Positions 12,262 through 24,397 of a stretch of 64,000 nucleotides of DNA are shown one piece after another. Each line of letters starts with the position of its first letter. The stretch's first letter is position 1. Source of the DNA: Octopus sinensis (lineage: Eukaryota); the NCBI RefSeq assembly GCF_006345805.1, contig NC_042999.1, positions 8,742,001-8,806,000 of the forward strand, given 5' to 3'. The translations under genes and the position numbers were made by a program. The notes under the pieces are model-generated. The model had not been told where the DNA came from. It made no database searches and was given only the letters and a program-made list of their open reading frames with translations.

Positions 12262-12680
12262 TACTTTACTCTTTTACTGTTTTACTCTTTTACTTGTTTC
12301 GGTCATTTGACTGCGGCCATACTGGAGCACCGCCTTTTAATCGAGCAAATCGACCCCGGGACTTATTCTTTTGTAAGCCCAGTACTTATTCTATCGGTCT
12401 CCCCTTGCCGAACCGCCAAGTAACGGGGACACAAACACACCAGCATCGGTTGTCAAGCAATGCTAGGGGGACAAACACAGACACACACAAACACACACAC
12501 GCATATATATATATACATATATACGACGGGCTTCTTTCAGTTTCCGTCTACCAAATCCACTCACAAGGCTTTGGTCGTCCCGAGGCTATAGTAGAAGACA
12601 CTTGCCCAAGGTGCCACGCAGTGGGACTGAACCCGGAACCATGTGGTTGGTAAACAAGCTACTTACCACACAGCCACTCC
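12262..12680 (-). mobile_element. SINE family A, full length
   Basis: Homology to the 8121 copy. Confidence 0.9.
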
Positions 12681-12686
12681 TTCATT

Positions 12687-13000
12687 TTGTGTGGCCGAAT
12701 GGTTAAGAATCGCAACCAGAAGATATTGAGTTCGATCCCCTTACGTGGAGTCTTGCGCATGAGTTTTGGATCGATCAGAGCCTCAGATCGACTGAGGAAA
12801 ATTGTGTGGAAAATTGAGCAGAAGGAAAATTGCAAAGATCGAACTCTATCAAACTTTGTCATGTTTAACCTGCTTCAGAATTACTGTAAGGATGCACATT
12901 TCTGTGGAATACTCAACCAGTTATATGCTAAGTCTATGATCGAGTCTTTCAGTTGATCGAAGAACTGAATACTCATCGTGGTAACCGACGGAAACCCTTC
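12687..13000 (+). mobile_element. tRNA-derived SINE (family G)
   Basis: A box GTGGCCGAATGG, B box GAGTTCGATCC; 3' end TCGTGGTAACCGACGGA shared with the tail of the 54456 SINE. Confidence 0.55.
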
Positions 13001-13410
13001 TTACATTATTCACTTACTAACGTTACTAATTACTCATTTGTTCGTATATCTATCACAGTAAGACTTCAAACCGCATCCGGTTGTGGGGCCTTGGTACGGA
13101 ACTTCCTGTGCTGTGAGAAGTGTGTAGAACCCCCTCTTAGCCACAATTGCCCCCAGATCTACTCCAATCCGGGTAGTAGGATTTGAACATTTAAGTTCAC
13201 TGATAAAATTCCGTGCTGCACGGAATTTTGTCAGTGAACAGGTCGCGGTCTCAAAGCGACGAAAATATTTTGGCAAATTAAATTTAAATGTTGACGTGAA
13301 TCTAACGGTTTTTGTGTGTTTCTTAAATGGCTTACAAACACCATCCACGCTGCAATTGCTTATATATATATAAATAAATAAATAAATAAATATATATATA
13401 TATATATATA

Positions 13411-13546
13411 TGACGGGCTTTTTTCAGTTTCCGTCTACCAAATCTGATCACAAGGCTTTGGTCATACCAAAGCTATAGTAGAAGACACCTGCCCAAGGTG
13501 CCACGCAGTGGGACTGAACCCAGTACCACACAGCCACTCCTGCGCC
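13411..13546 (-). mobile_element. SINE family A 5' half with internal deletion
   Basis: Homology to the family A head. Confidence 0.8.
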
Positions 13547-14070
13547 TATAAATCTCTTCCATATTTCCGATTACGTTTTATCTAAATTCAATTTTTGTTT
13601 TTCGGATATGACCTTCAGCTTAAATTCTGCTATAATACTTATTTTTATAATTTATGGAAAATAGTAATATTTATCTGACCTTTCATCTCGACTTTCAGTT
13701 TCCATGGAAACAAATACTGTTAGGTAATGTAGAAACAAACTATGAGGTCAAATCGTGAACTATAAATACAAAACTTGTATTACATAAATGCCGAAATATT
13801 CGCAGAAATCTCACAAGAACCAGTGAAAATTATTTTAAATAAAATGCTTTCAGTTGTAATAATAAATCTCTGAGCGAGGTATAAACAGTAGCTGCACGAC
13901 ATCATGAAGTATATTTGCCACTTAAATGTGGCTAACCCTTAAGGGTGGATGCTACTGTAGCTTGTAGCCCCAGAAGGACACCTCCTCCAGCTGGCTATTG
14001 ACACACTATCTGTGCCCTATCCACATTTGCAAAGGGAAGCCATCCTTCCCATCTCCTACCTGACGTGATA

Positions 14071-14115
14071 CACACGGACCCGAGTTTCTGGGTATTGACC
14101 CGTCATCAGCGTGTG
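14071..14115 (-). ncRNA. Minimal type I hammerhead ribozyme fold
   Basis: Minus strand: CACACG CUGAUGA C GGGU CAAU ACCC A GAAAC UCGG GUC / CGUGUG. Perfect 6-bp stem I, intact core, GUC cleavage triplet. Confidence 0.85.
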
Positions 14116-14209
14116 ACAACAATAATAGACATAATTTTAAAATATTTGAAATTCCTGAAACAAATATTGGTTTTTAAATCTGGTACAATGCCAACAATTT
14201 CGATCGAGA

Positions 14210-14378
14210 GAGTTAAGTCGAGTACATCGACCCCAGTCATCAACTGGTACTTATTTTACAGGAAGGTTGAAAGGCTTTGACGACTTCAGCGGAATTTCAA
14301 CTCACAACGTAAAGAAGGACAAAATGCCGCTAAGTATTTAGCCCGGCGTGCTAACGATTGTGCCAGCTCGACGCCTTT
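14210..14378 (-). mobile_element. SINE family B partial
   Basis: Homology to the family B head and core. Confidence 0.75.
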
Positions 14379-14597
14379 CCAGAAGCAAATGTTGAAAGTT
14401 GAAGAATTTGATTTTTCTTAATTGGATAAATTAAAATAAACGATAATTAATTATAACAAGGAAACAAAATTGGCGTTTTGCAGGTTAGTTCACACCTGGC
14501 CAGGTTAAATATTCACAAGGCTAATTTAACCATATTTTCCAAGTGTTGTCAGATAACAAGGAAACAGTGCTGGTAGCAGAATATTTTTATATCCTAA

Positions 14598-15305
14598 AGC
14601 GGCGAGCTGGCAGAATCGTTACCAGGCCGGGCGAAATGCTAAACGGTATTTCGTCAGTCGTTACGTTCTGAGTTCAAATTCTGCCGAGGTCGACTTTGCC
14701 TTTTATCTTTTCGTGGTCGATAAATTAAGTACCAGTTACGTACTGGGGTCGATGTAATCGACTTAATCCGTTTGTCTGTCTTTGTTTGTCCTCTCTGTGT
14801 TTAGCCTCTTGTGGGTAGTAAAGAAATAGATATTTCGTCTGTCGCTACGTTCTGAGTTCAAATTCCGCCGTGGTCGACTTTGCCCTTCATCCTTTCGGGG
14901 TCGATAAATTAAGTACCAGTTACGTACTGGGGTCGATCTAATCGACTGGCCTTCTCTCCCCAAAAATTTCGGGTCTTGTGCCTAGAGTAGAAAAGAATAT
15001 ATTTTAATAACCAGATATATTTCACAGCTACATATATATTTCACAGTAGAGAAAACAAATTCTCCAATAAAAATCTCATTTTTATAACATTTATAGATAT
15101 AGTACTGGGGTCGATATAATCGACTTAATCCGCCTGTCTGTCCTTGTTTGTCCTCTCTCTGTTCAAATTCCGCTGCGGTCGACTTTGCTTTTAATCCTTT
15201 CATGGTCGATAAATTAAGTACAGTTGCGAACTGGCGTCGATCTAATCGCGTAGCCCCTTCTCCCAAAAATTTTGGGCCTTGTGCCTAGAGTAGAAAAGAT
15301 TATTT
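14598..15305 (+). mobile_element. Cluster of SINE family B copies with two alternative tails
   Basis: Full copy at 14598-14830, then truncated cores ending in the CCCAAAAATTT.GGG.CTTGTGCCTAGAGTAGAAAAGA tail (twice). Confidence 0.8.
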
Positions 15306-16008
15306 TTATATTCTGAAGCAGAAAGTTATAATTATGAAATCGAAAAGTAAACGTTATTACGATGAGCATAAAAATAACACAAGAAAAAAGAGAGAAACGA
15401 AACGAGTAGGAAAAGCGAAATGGCTTTCTGCGCAAAAAAATAATACGACTGAAGTAGAAAGCTGAGAACAACTGGGAGGAAATCTGGAAAATTTCTCTCA
15501 TAAATTTGTCAAGTTGGTGCACAATATTTTGATGGCTGTACGGATGGGAAAAAAAATGTGAATTTTGGAATTCATATTGCAACGCAAAGTTATTGTAACA
15601 AAAACTGGTATCACAAATACCAAAACGTAGTGGAGGGTCAAAGAAATAAAACTCATTTGAAATTCAACGTTTAAATTAAATGATAATATCTTTGTCTATT
15701 TGTGCTCATTCATAAATCCAAGCATAATATTTTCACATTTATGCAACTGTTAGCACTTATGTTAATACACACGTACACACACAAACCCAAAGATACAAAT
15801 ACATACACATGCATAAATGCACACACACACACACACACACACACATTCACATATAAATTCATTTGAAAAGGAGTACTTCTGCTGTACGATAGCATATGGT
15901 AACCGATAACCTTAGAGGAGCTTTGAAATGCCTGTTATAAGGTTATTACACAGATGTTATACACACACACGCGCACACACACATACGCATAAATATACTA
16001 TTTTTTTA

Positions 16009-16241
16009 GTCTTTTACTCTTTTACTTGTTTCAGTTATTTGACTGCGGCTATGCTGGAGCACCGCCTTTTAGTCGAAGAAATCGACCCCAGGACTTACTC
16101 TTTGTAAGCCAAGTACTTATTCTATCGATCTCTTTTGCCGAACCACTAAGTTATGGTGACGTAAACACACAAGCATCGGTTGTCAAGCGATGTTGTGGGG
16201 GACAAACACAGACACACAAACATATACACACACACACACAC

Positions 16242-16278
<37 letters not shown>

Positions 16279-16472
16279 CATACATACATATATATATATA
16301 TACATATACGACGGGCTTCTTTCAGTTTCCGTCTACCAAATCCACTCACAAGGCTTTGGTCGGCCCGAGGCTATAGCAGAAGACACTTGCTCAAGGTGCC
16401 ACGCAGTGAGACCGAACCCGGAACCATGTGGCTGGTAAACAAGCTACTTACCACACAGCCACTCCTACGCCT
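16009..16472 (-). mobile_element. SINE family A, full length
   Basis: Homology to the 8121 copy. Confidence 0.9.
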
Positions 16473-16995
16473 ATATATATATGTATGTTGGGAAAATTAA
16501 TTAAAATTGTGCCTAGAATCTTTAAAACAGATAAATACAAACCTGTTGGAGATATGAAAAAGAATTTTATGTAAGGTGCGAGTGGTGCCATTGTCTTGCC
16601 ATCAGCTCTTCAGATATGATGCAAAAATCGATTTCCTGGGTTTCCATTATTCATAGGAAGATTTTTTAGAGAAGTTTCGATTAAAGTTCTTAAAATCAAG
16701 TACTTTGCGCAAAAGTTTAAGACACTCGTATTTGTACAGATAAATAGTAGTTGGAAATGGTTGATCGAAAAGAAAATTCAACTCTTTTGCAAGATATTGA
16801 TTACAAAAACTCACAATGGTGCTTTCTTTTTTGTACCATTCATTTGGAATAACCTTGTACACATGTATATATTCACACACACACACACAACCACACACGC
16901 ACATACACAAACACACGCACATATACTATGATGCTTATAAAAAGAAAATGATTCGCTGCTTACTACTAAATAATAATGTTCGATTAGTATTAGTC

Positions 16996-17130
16996 GCAGG
17001 AGTGGTTGTGTGATAAGAAGCTTGCTTCCCAACCACATGGTTCCGAGTTCAGTCCTACTGGGCAAGTGCCTTCTACTTCTAAGCCTTGTGAATGTATTTG
17101 GTAGACGGAAAATGAAAGAAGCCCGACGTA
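16996..17130 (+). mobile_element. SINE family A 5' half
   Basis: GCAGGAGTGGTTGTGTG...GAAAGAAGCCCGACGT. Confidence 0.8.
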
Positions 17131-17287
17131 AATATATATATATATATAAAGTGTAGGTGGCATGCGAGTAAGAAATGATTATGAACTTTTTATTACACTT
17201 AACTTTTAAAAATATTTTTGATAAGGTTCGTTTTTTCAAGAAGAAACGAAACATATAAAATCTCTAAGAAAATTAAATTTATCTCAT

Positions 17288-17672
17288 ACTAGCAGTATCG
17301 CCCGGCGTTGCTCAGGTTTGTAAGGGAAATAACTATAAAGCATTTTTAGAGAGTTATAGCCAAAAAATAGCAAAAAATGGAAAAAAAAATGATGGTAAAT
17401 TTTTTTTGAGAGTTAAAAAGGTGGAGTTGCGTCCCCTAGACGGTCTGTGGTTTGGGTTTCTGATTCTCGACCCCATGTCGAATTTATCGATTTTTTTCAG
17501 AACTGGGGGAACTTTTCAAATTTTCGCTGCGTTAGTCTTGAATTATGACATTGGGCTATGTGTGTGTCAAGTTTCATCAGAATCGGTTGAAAGCCGTGGT
17601 CAGAGTGAGGGTACGAGAAAACAGACACACAGAAACACGCACAGACAAACTGCCGTTTATATAGAGAGAGAT
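17288..17672 (+). mobile_element. Helitron/Helentron-like non-autonomous element
   Basis: Starts ACTAGCAGTATCGCCCGGCGTTGCTC.GG (subterminal hairpin); CAGA/CACA repeats near the 3' end, then TTTATAT...AGAT; 5' end shared with 20850 and 23472. The superfamily call is by resemblance only. Confidence 0.55.
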
Positions 17673-17690
17673 AGTGGCGTTTTCAAACGT

Positions 17691-17756
<66 letters not shown>

Positions 17757-17811
17757 CATATATATTTACATTATATATATATATATATGTATGTATGTAT
17801 GTACTTTTACT

Positions 17812-18216
17812 TTGATACTTTGATAGGTTTCGGCCATTATTGGCCCAGGCCATGTCTAACTTAATAGCACCACCTGGTGAAGTCTTTCAAGTCAGAATTT
17901 GGGCACTATGGCCCACTCAAGTAGAGAGTTATTGTTTACAGAGACATATCCGGGTGTAGGGGGTTTATCCGGGATTTCTTGAAGGAATCTGTCCAAAGAC
18001 TTCTTGAACCCTATAGGGTCAGTTTCTGTTTTAATGTGTTTTGGTGTAATGTTAAAGAGAGCGGGGCCAATTGAGGTGAAATAATTGTGCCGTATTGTTG
18101 TTATGAGATGAGAGTGCGATTTTTGTTTTGGATGTACCTTAAAGGTGATGCCAACATCATTTGGGCAATGCTGATGGAATATTTTCCACATCATGCAGAA
18201 TATTTTCCACATCATG
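17812..18216 (-). mobile_element. CR1/L2-group LINE 3' fragment
   Basis: MMWKIFHQHCPN...FTSIGPALFN...FKKSLDRFLQEIPDKP...NSLLEW*; near identical to 59401-59820. Confidence 0.85.
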
Positions 18217-18378
18217 TATATATGTATATTTGTATATATATATGTATACATATATATGTATGTATGCATGTATGTATTTATGTATGCTTGCATGCCTGTA
18301 CGCATGTATGCATGTATGTATGTATGTATGTATGTATGCATGTATGTATGTATGCATGTATGCATGCATGCATGCATG

Positions 18379-18412
<34 letters not shown>

Positions 18413-19270
18413 TGTATGTATGCATGCATGCATGCATGTATATATGTATGTATGTATGTATGTATGTTTGTATGTATGTATGTTTGTATGTATGCATGTA
18501 TGTATGTATGCATGCATGCATGCATGTATATATGTATGTATGTATGTTTGTATGTATGCATGTATGTATGTATGTATGTATGTATGTATGTATGCATGCA
18601 TGCATGCATGTATGTATGTATGTTTGTATGTATGTATGTATGTATGTTTGTATGTATGTATGTATATGTATGTATGTATGTATGTATGTATATATGTATG
18701 CATGTATGTATGTATGCATGTATGTATGCATGCATGTATGTATGTATGTATGTATGCATGCATGCATGCATGTATGTATGCATGTATGTATGTATGTATG
18801 TATGTATGCATGTATGCATGCATGCATGTGAGTATGCATGTATGTATGTATGTATGTATGTATGTATGTATGTATGCATGTATGCATGCATGCATGCATG
18901 TATGTATGTATGTATGTATGTATGTATGCATGTATGCATGCATGCATGTATGTATGTATGTATGTATGTATGTATGTATGTATGCATGCATGCATGCATG
19001 TATGTATGTATGCATGCATGTATGTATGTATGTATGTATGTATGTATGTATGCATGTATGCATGCATGCATGCATGTATGTATGTATGTATGTATGTATG
19101 TATGCATGTATGCATGCATGCATGCATGTATGTATGTATGTATGTATGTATGTATGTATATGTATGTATGTATGTATATGTATGTATGTATGCATGTATG
19201 CATGCATGCATGCATGTATGTATGTATGTATGTATGTATGTATGTATGTATGTATGTATGTATGTATGTA
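18217..19270. repeat. (TATG)n/(CATG)n compound tetranucleotide array, about 1.05 kb
   Basis: Direct reading. Confidence 0.97.
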
Positions 19271-19478
19271 TTTGTGTCTGTGCTTGTCTCCCCATCATCG
19301 CTTGACAAATGGTGTTGGTGTGACGACGTCTCCATGAATTAGTGGTTCGGTAAAGGAGACCGATAGAATAAATACTAGGCTTACAAAGAATAAGTCCTGG
19401 GTCGATTTGTTCGAATAAAGGCGGTGCTCCAGCATGGCCGCAGTCAAACGACTGAAGCAAATTAAAGAAATTAAAGAA
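19271..19478 (+). mobile_element. SINE family A 3' half
   Basis: TTTGTGTCTGTG...GGCGGTGCTCCAGCATGGCCGCAGTCAAA. Confidence 0.85.
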
Positions 19479-20177
19479 TGATTAAGGAGGATACCCGAAA
19501 CAGAAAACAGCAGACATCCATCGAGAAATATTTGATCGGCGAAATAGCGAATCATCAACATGGAACTAACAAAAGACATGGATTCCTGTTTTAACATCGA
19601 AATATTTAACATACACACTCACACAAAATCATACTCTCAAACAGAATCACACCTATTCACACACACTCACACACATGTCCACACACGCACACACATTTGT
19701 TTAAAGAGGAAACAGTTTTGGCTCACAGACTTGTTCAACTGAAGACGGTTGGTGTTGAATATTGAAATAAAACCACGGAACTAAACCAAAGTGGGACGTT
19801 AAACAAGCGAAAAACCGGCGATGGCGATTTTATCAGTTGTCATACAATTCCCATGATGCCTTGCTGTCTTCTATAAAAGAGAGAAAAAATTAGCAACAAC
19901 GCGTCGACATATTTGATTCATAAGACGAGACTAAGAATGTCGGAGAAGCTGAATGGACTACGGAAGGTAATTGTTAAACAGCCTTCAACATAAAAGACTT
20001 AGAAGACAAATGGACGTAAAAAAAAAAAATGATAGATAAAAATTGCCCGGAAAATGAATTGATCTGAGACGGTATTTTGAGAACAATATTCATTGCTCGT
20101 CAGACAGTTATTAGCCAATCAAAAATGGACAAAAGACTGTTCGCTGAAACGTTGTATTCTTTCTATCTTTTTTTTTG

Positions 20178-20379
20178 TTTCATTCAGTTGACTGAGGCCA
20201 TGCTGGAGCACTGGCTTTTAGTCGAAGAAATCGAGCCCTGGATTTATTCTTTGTAAGCTTGGTGTCTTACTCTGTCGGTTGCCTCTACTGACCCGGTAAG
20301 TTACGGGGACGTAAGCACACCAGCATCGGTTGTCATGTGATTGTGGTGGGGGCAAATGCAGATACAAACACACACATAA

Positions 20380-20454
<75 letters not shown>

Positions 20455-20707
20455 TATATAGGTATGAATGTAGTTGAAATTTATAGAAAAGCAAAAGACG
20501 AAGACAAGTGCACGAACAACAAGCAGATGTATTAGTTTGACGCTCGGGAAAATTAAAAACTCTTTTACATTTCGAGCCAAAGCACTTTAACAGAAACGAA
20601 TACCCTAGGCTATAGAAGAAGACACTTGCCCAAGGTGCCACGCACTGGGATTGAATCTGAAACAATGTTATTGGGAAGCAAGCTTCTTACTACACAGCCA
20701 TGCCTGC
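20178..20707 (-). mobile_element. Diverged SINE family A interrupted by a Penelope-like fragment (20459-20590)
   Basis: 3' half at 20178-20400, head at 20607-20707; the middle matches the 10259 family. Confidence 0.7.
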
Positions 20708-20849
20708 CCCTACTGGAAGTTTTTTCTCGGGATGATGCAAACGGAGATAAAAGGATGGTTGTGGATAAAGGATGTGTGGAGAGGAAATGTGTTGAGAAAC
20801 AGCGAAACATGCGAAATGGAAGAATTCTTTTGGAAGTGTTTTATATAAA

Positions 20850-21245
20850 ACTAGCAGTATCGCCCGGCGTTGCTCGGGTTTGTAAGGGAAATAACTATAT
20901 AAGCATTTTTAGAGATGTAAAGTATAATAGCCATCTCAATATGGCTAACCACAAGGGGGGTTGTTACTGTAGCTTTTTACGTTCTGAGATTTAATAATAA
21001 ATTTTTAGAGAGTTACTTCCCTTATATATGCCAAAAATGCATTAAAAATGGGAAAAATTGATGGTAATTTTTTTTTTAATCGTAGACTCATCGTAGACGC
21101 GCGCTAATACCCAGAAGGGCTCTATATGAATCATGACTATAAGATACCCGGTTTTGGTTAAACTGCACCGCAAAATGTGGGAGTAGTTAGGAATCTAAAT
21201 CGTAGGAGACAGACAGCACACAACCTCACTTTTATATATAAAGAT
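20850..21245 (+). mobile_element. Helitron-like non-autonomous element
   Basis: Same 5' end as 17288; homologous to the reverse complement of 23472-23864. Confidence 0.6.
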
Positions 21246-21627
21246 TACGACGATGAAAGTAATCGAAGTAGAGATATAGTTTATTGACCTGAACCAACTT
21301 GGTTCAAGCTTTCAATGGTTTCTTAAGACGATTAAATTTATTTATATATAATCAATTTTAGATAAACCTTTTCATTAAAGCAAACATACACTTTACTGCT
21401 GTGAAAATCGGTTTAGTATAAAGCTTAATTGAATGGAGAGCACAAGATTAGAGATTAGAGAATGTTAAAGAGACAACCATTACCCGAAAACGAGTATGGA
21501 TAATAGGCAACATGGGACATGGTGTTATTAATGGTTTCAAGTACCCAGGTGGTCTTGAGACGACAGAGTCACCCTCTCAGTTCCTCAACGCTTTCATCCA
21601 AAGACACATTCAGGATGTGACAGCTGG

Positions 21628-21776
<149 letters not shown>

Positions 21777-21816
21777 TTGCACTAACATTCGGTTGGTATT
21801 TATTTTCTGTTGAATT

Positions 21817-22060
21817 AGGGTGGCGAGCTAGCAGAATCGTTAGCACGCCGGGCGAAATGCGTAGCCGTATTTCGTCTGCCGTTACGTTGTGAGTTCAAAT
21901 TCCGCCGAGGTCGACTTTACCGTTCATCCTTTCGGGGTCGAAAAAAAAAATGAACCAGTTATGCACTGGGGTCGATATAATCGACTTGATTCGTTTGTCT
22001 GTCCTTGTTTGTCCCCTCTATGTTTAGCCCGTTGTGGGTAGTAAAGAAATAGGTATTTAT
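21817..22060 (+). mobile_element. SINE family B, full length (core resembles the Meta/MESC SINE domain)
   Basis: GGCGAGCTAGCAGAATCG head, GAGTTCAAATTCC B box, GTCGACTT...CATCCTTTCGGGGTCGA core. The domain name is recalled, not checked. Confidence 0.85.
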
Positions 22061-22594
22061 TTTCTGTTGAATAGACTGAGAGCAACGTGAAATGAAATGT
22101 TTTGCTCAAGGAAATAGTGCACTGCCTGGTCCACCGATTGAACTTACAGCATTACGGTTATGAGCTGAACCCGCTAACCACTAAGCCACACACCTACTCT
22201 AAATCAGATTAATTACTATTGCTATTAATTTGAACCTCACCCAGCCCGGCACAGTGTAGCCGAAACACGTGTCTTTTAGTGCAGCGATACTTTGATAAAT
22301 TGCAATATACGTTAATTATACACAAAGAAAAATCAATTTTCCACCAAGATTAAATATGCTTGAGTATTCCGAATGATTTATATCATAAAACATAAATCAC
22401 TTCAACAACTTCAAAACAAAAAATAAAAAGAAAGAAAGAAACTGTTTAGTTTCGCTTATAAAGATTGATTTTTTTTTTGCTGTTAAGTTAAAGTTAACAC
22501 CAATGAAACGCGATTGGTAACAGATTTCTTGTGGTGCCAATTGCCAACAGAATCTACATTTTGGTTGTTTCATGCTAAACTATATTTAGCATAT

Positions 22595-23212
22595 AGGGAG
22601 ATTTTACGAAAAAAATTAAAACAAAAGACGAAGACAGGTGGTGTACAAAACAAACTGATGTATTAGTATAACGCTCAGGAATAGAAAAAGTCTTTTACGT
22701 TTCGAGCCTACGCTCTTCTACAGAAAGGGACACAGAAAAAAACAAGGAGAGAAACAAGAAGAGAAAAAAAAGAAGAGAAAAAAGAAGAGAAAAAAAGGAG
22801 AGAAAAAGAAGAGAAAAAAGGAGAAAAAAGAAGAGAAAAAAGAAGAGAAGAAAGAAGAGAAAAAAGCATTGTAGACGCACTGATTGTAAAAAGAAGAGAA
22901 AAAAGAAGAGGAAAAAAGAAGAGAAAAAAAGAAGAGAAAAAAGGAGAGAAACAAGACGAGGAAAAAAGAAGAGAGAAAAAGAAGAGAAAAAAGAAGAGAA
23001 AAAAAGAAGAGAAAAAGAAGAGAAAAATGAAGAGAAAAAGAAATAGAGAAACAAGAAGAGAAAAAAGAAGAGAAAAAAAGAAGAGAAAAAAAACAAAGAG
23101 AGAAACAAGAAGAGAAACAAAGAAAAAAAGAGAAAAAATGTGTGTAGTGGCTACCGATCTATCATGGCTACCGATCTATCATGGCTACCGATCTATCATG
23201 GCTACCGATCTA
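22595..23212 (-). mobile_element. Penelope-like fragment with expanded (AAGAAGAGAAAA)n and 17-bp tandem repeat
   Basis: Same termini as 10259-10495; A-rich tract 22740-23140; GGCTACCGATCTATCAT x3 plus a partial unit at 23149-23212. Confidence 0.7.
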
Positions 23213-23471
23213 GAATATGTTTGTGCTGCCTACCAGAAGATTGCTTTTGTAGGTACAGGTGACTGTATACGATTGATTTTAATAAATGGAATTCCTTACA
23301 GAAACAGTGAAAAATATAATAATTATGCAAGGGAACAAAGAATAGATGTTAGTCAGATAACAGGGAAACGCCGTTCGTAAAGTTGGTGGGGAGGAAGGTG
23401 AGAAGAAATAGGATTAAATAGAATAGAATGAAATAAAACAAGATACTTTAAAGTGGAGGAAATGAATGAAA

Positions 23472-23864
23472 TATTTATATATAAAAGTAAAGTTGTGTGT
23501 CTGTCTAGTCCGATTTAGATTCCTAACTACTCCCACATTTTGCGGTGCAGTTTAACGAAAACCGGGTATCTTATGGTCGTGATTGATATAGAGCCCTTCT
23601 GGGTATTAGCGCGCGTCTACGATGAGTCTACGATTTAAAAAATAATTTACTATAATTTTTTTCCATTTTAATGCATATTTTTTAAATATAAGGGAAGTAA
23701 CTCTCTAAAAATGTCTACGATGAGTCAACGATTTCAAAAAAAATTTACCATAGTTTTTTTTCCATTTTTAATGCATTTTTGCTATTTTTTGGCTATAACT
23801 CTCTAAAAATGCTTTATAGTTATTTCCCTTACAAACCCGAGCAACGTCGGGCGATACTGCTAGT
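23472..23864 (-). mobile_element. Helitron-like non-autonomous element, inverted relative to 20850
   Basis: Reverse-complement homology to 20850-21245. Confidence 0.6.
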
Positions 23865-23987
23865 AAAATATAATGAAATAGTAGAGAATACGATAAAGGT
23901 AGCAGAGTAGAAGGAGGTTTAATTTTCTGTAATTGGTTGGGGGATATGGGACTTTTCAAAAAGATCTCGGAGATGAAATGTTTAAAA

Positions 23988-24397
23988 GTTCGTAGGAGTG
24001 GCTGTGTGGGAAGTAGCTTGCTTATGAACCACATGGTTCCGGGTTCAGTCCCATTGCGTGGCACCTTGGGCAAGTGTCTTTTGCTATAGCCTCGGGCCGA
24101 TCAAAGCCTTGTGAGTGGATTTGGTGGACGGAAACCGAAAGAAGCCCGTCGTATATATGTATGTATATATATGTATGTGTATATGTTTGTGTCTCTATGT
24201 TTGTCCCCCCCCCAACATCGCTTGACAACCAATGCTGGTGTGTTTGCGTCCCCGTAACTTAGCTGTTCGGTAAAAGAGACCGATAGAATAAACACTAGGC
24301 TTACAAAGAATAAGTCCTGGAGTTGATTTGCTCGACTAAAGGTGGTGCTCCAGCATGGCCACAGTCAAATGACCGAAACAAGTAAAAGAGTAAAAGC
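23988..24397 (+). mobile_element. SINE family A, full length
   Basis: Head CGTAGGAGTGGCTGTGTGG, tail AAAAGAGTAAAAG. Confidence 0.9.

Noticed and set aside
17892-19460. 522-aa ORF
   Set aside because: Chance read-through of a SINE, the TATG array and a LINE C-terminus.
19945-19972. Possible exon MSEKLNGLRK ending at AG/GTAATT
   Set aside because: Too short, with no supporting acceptor or homology.
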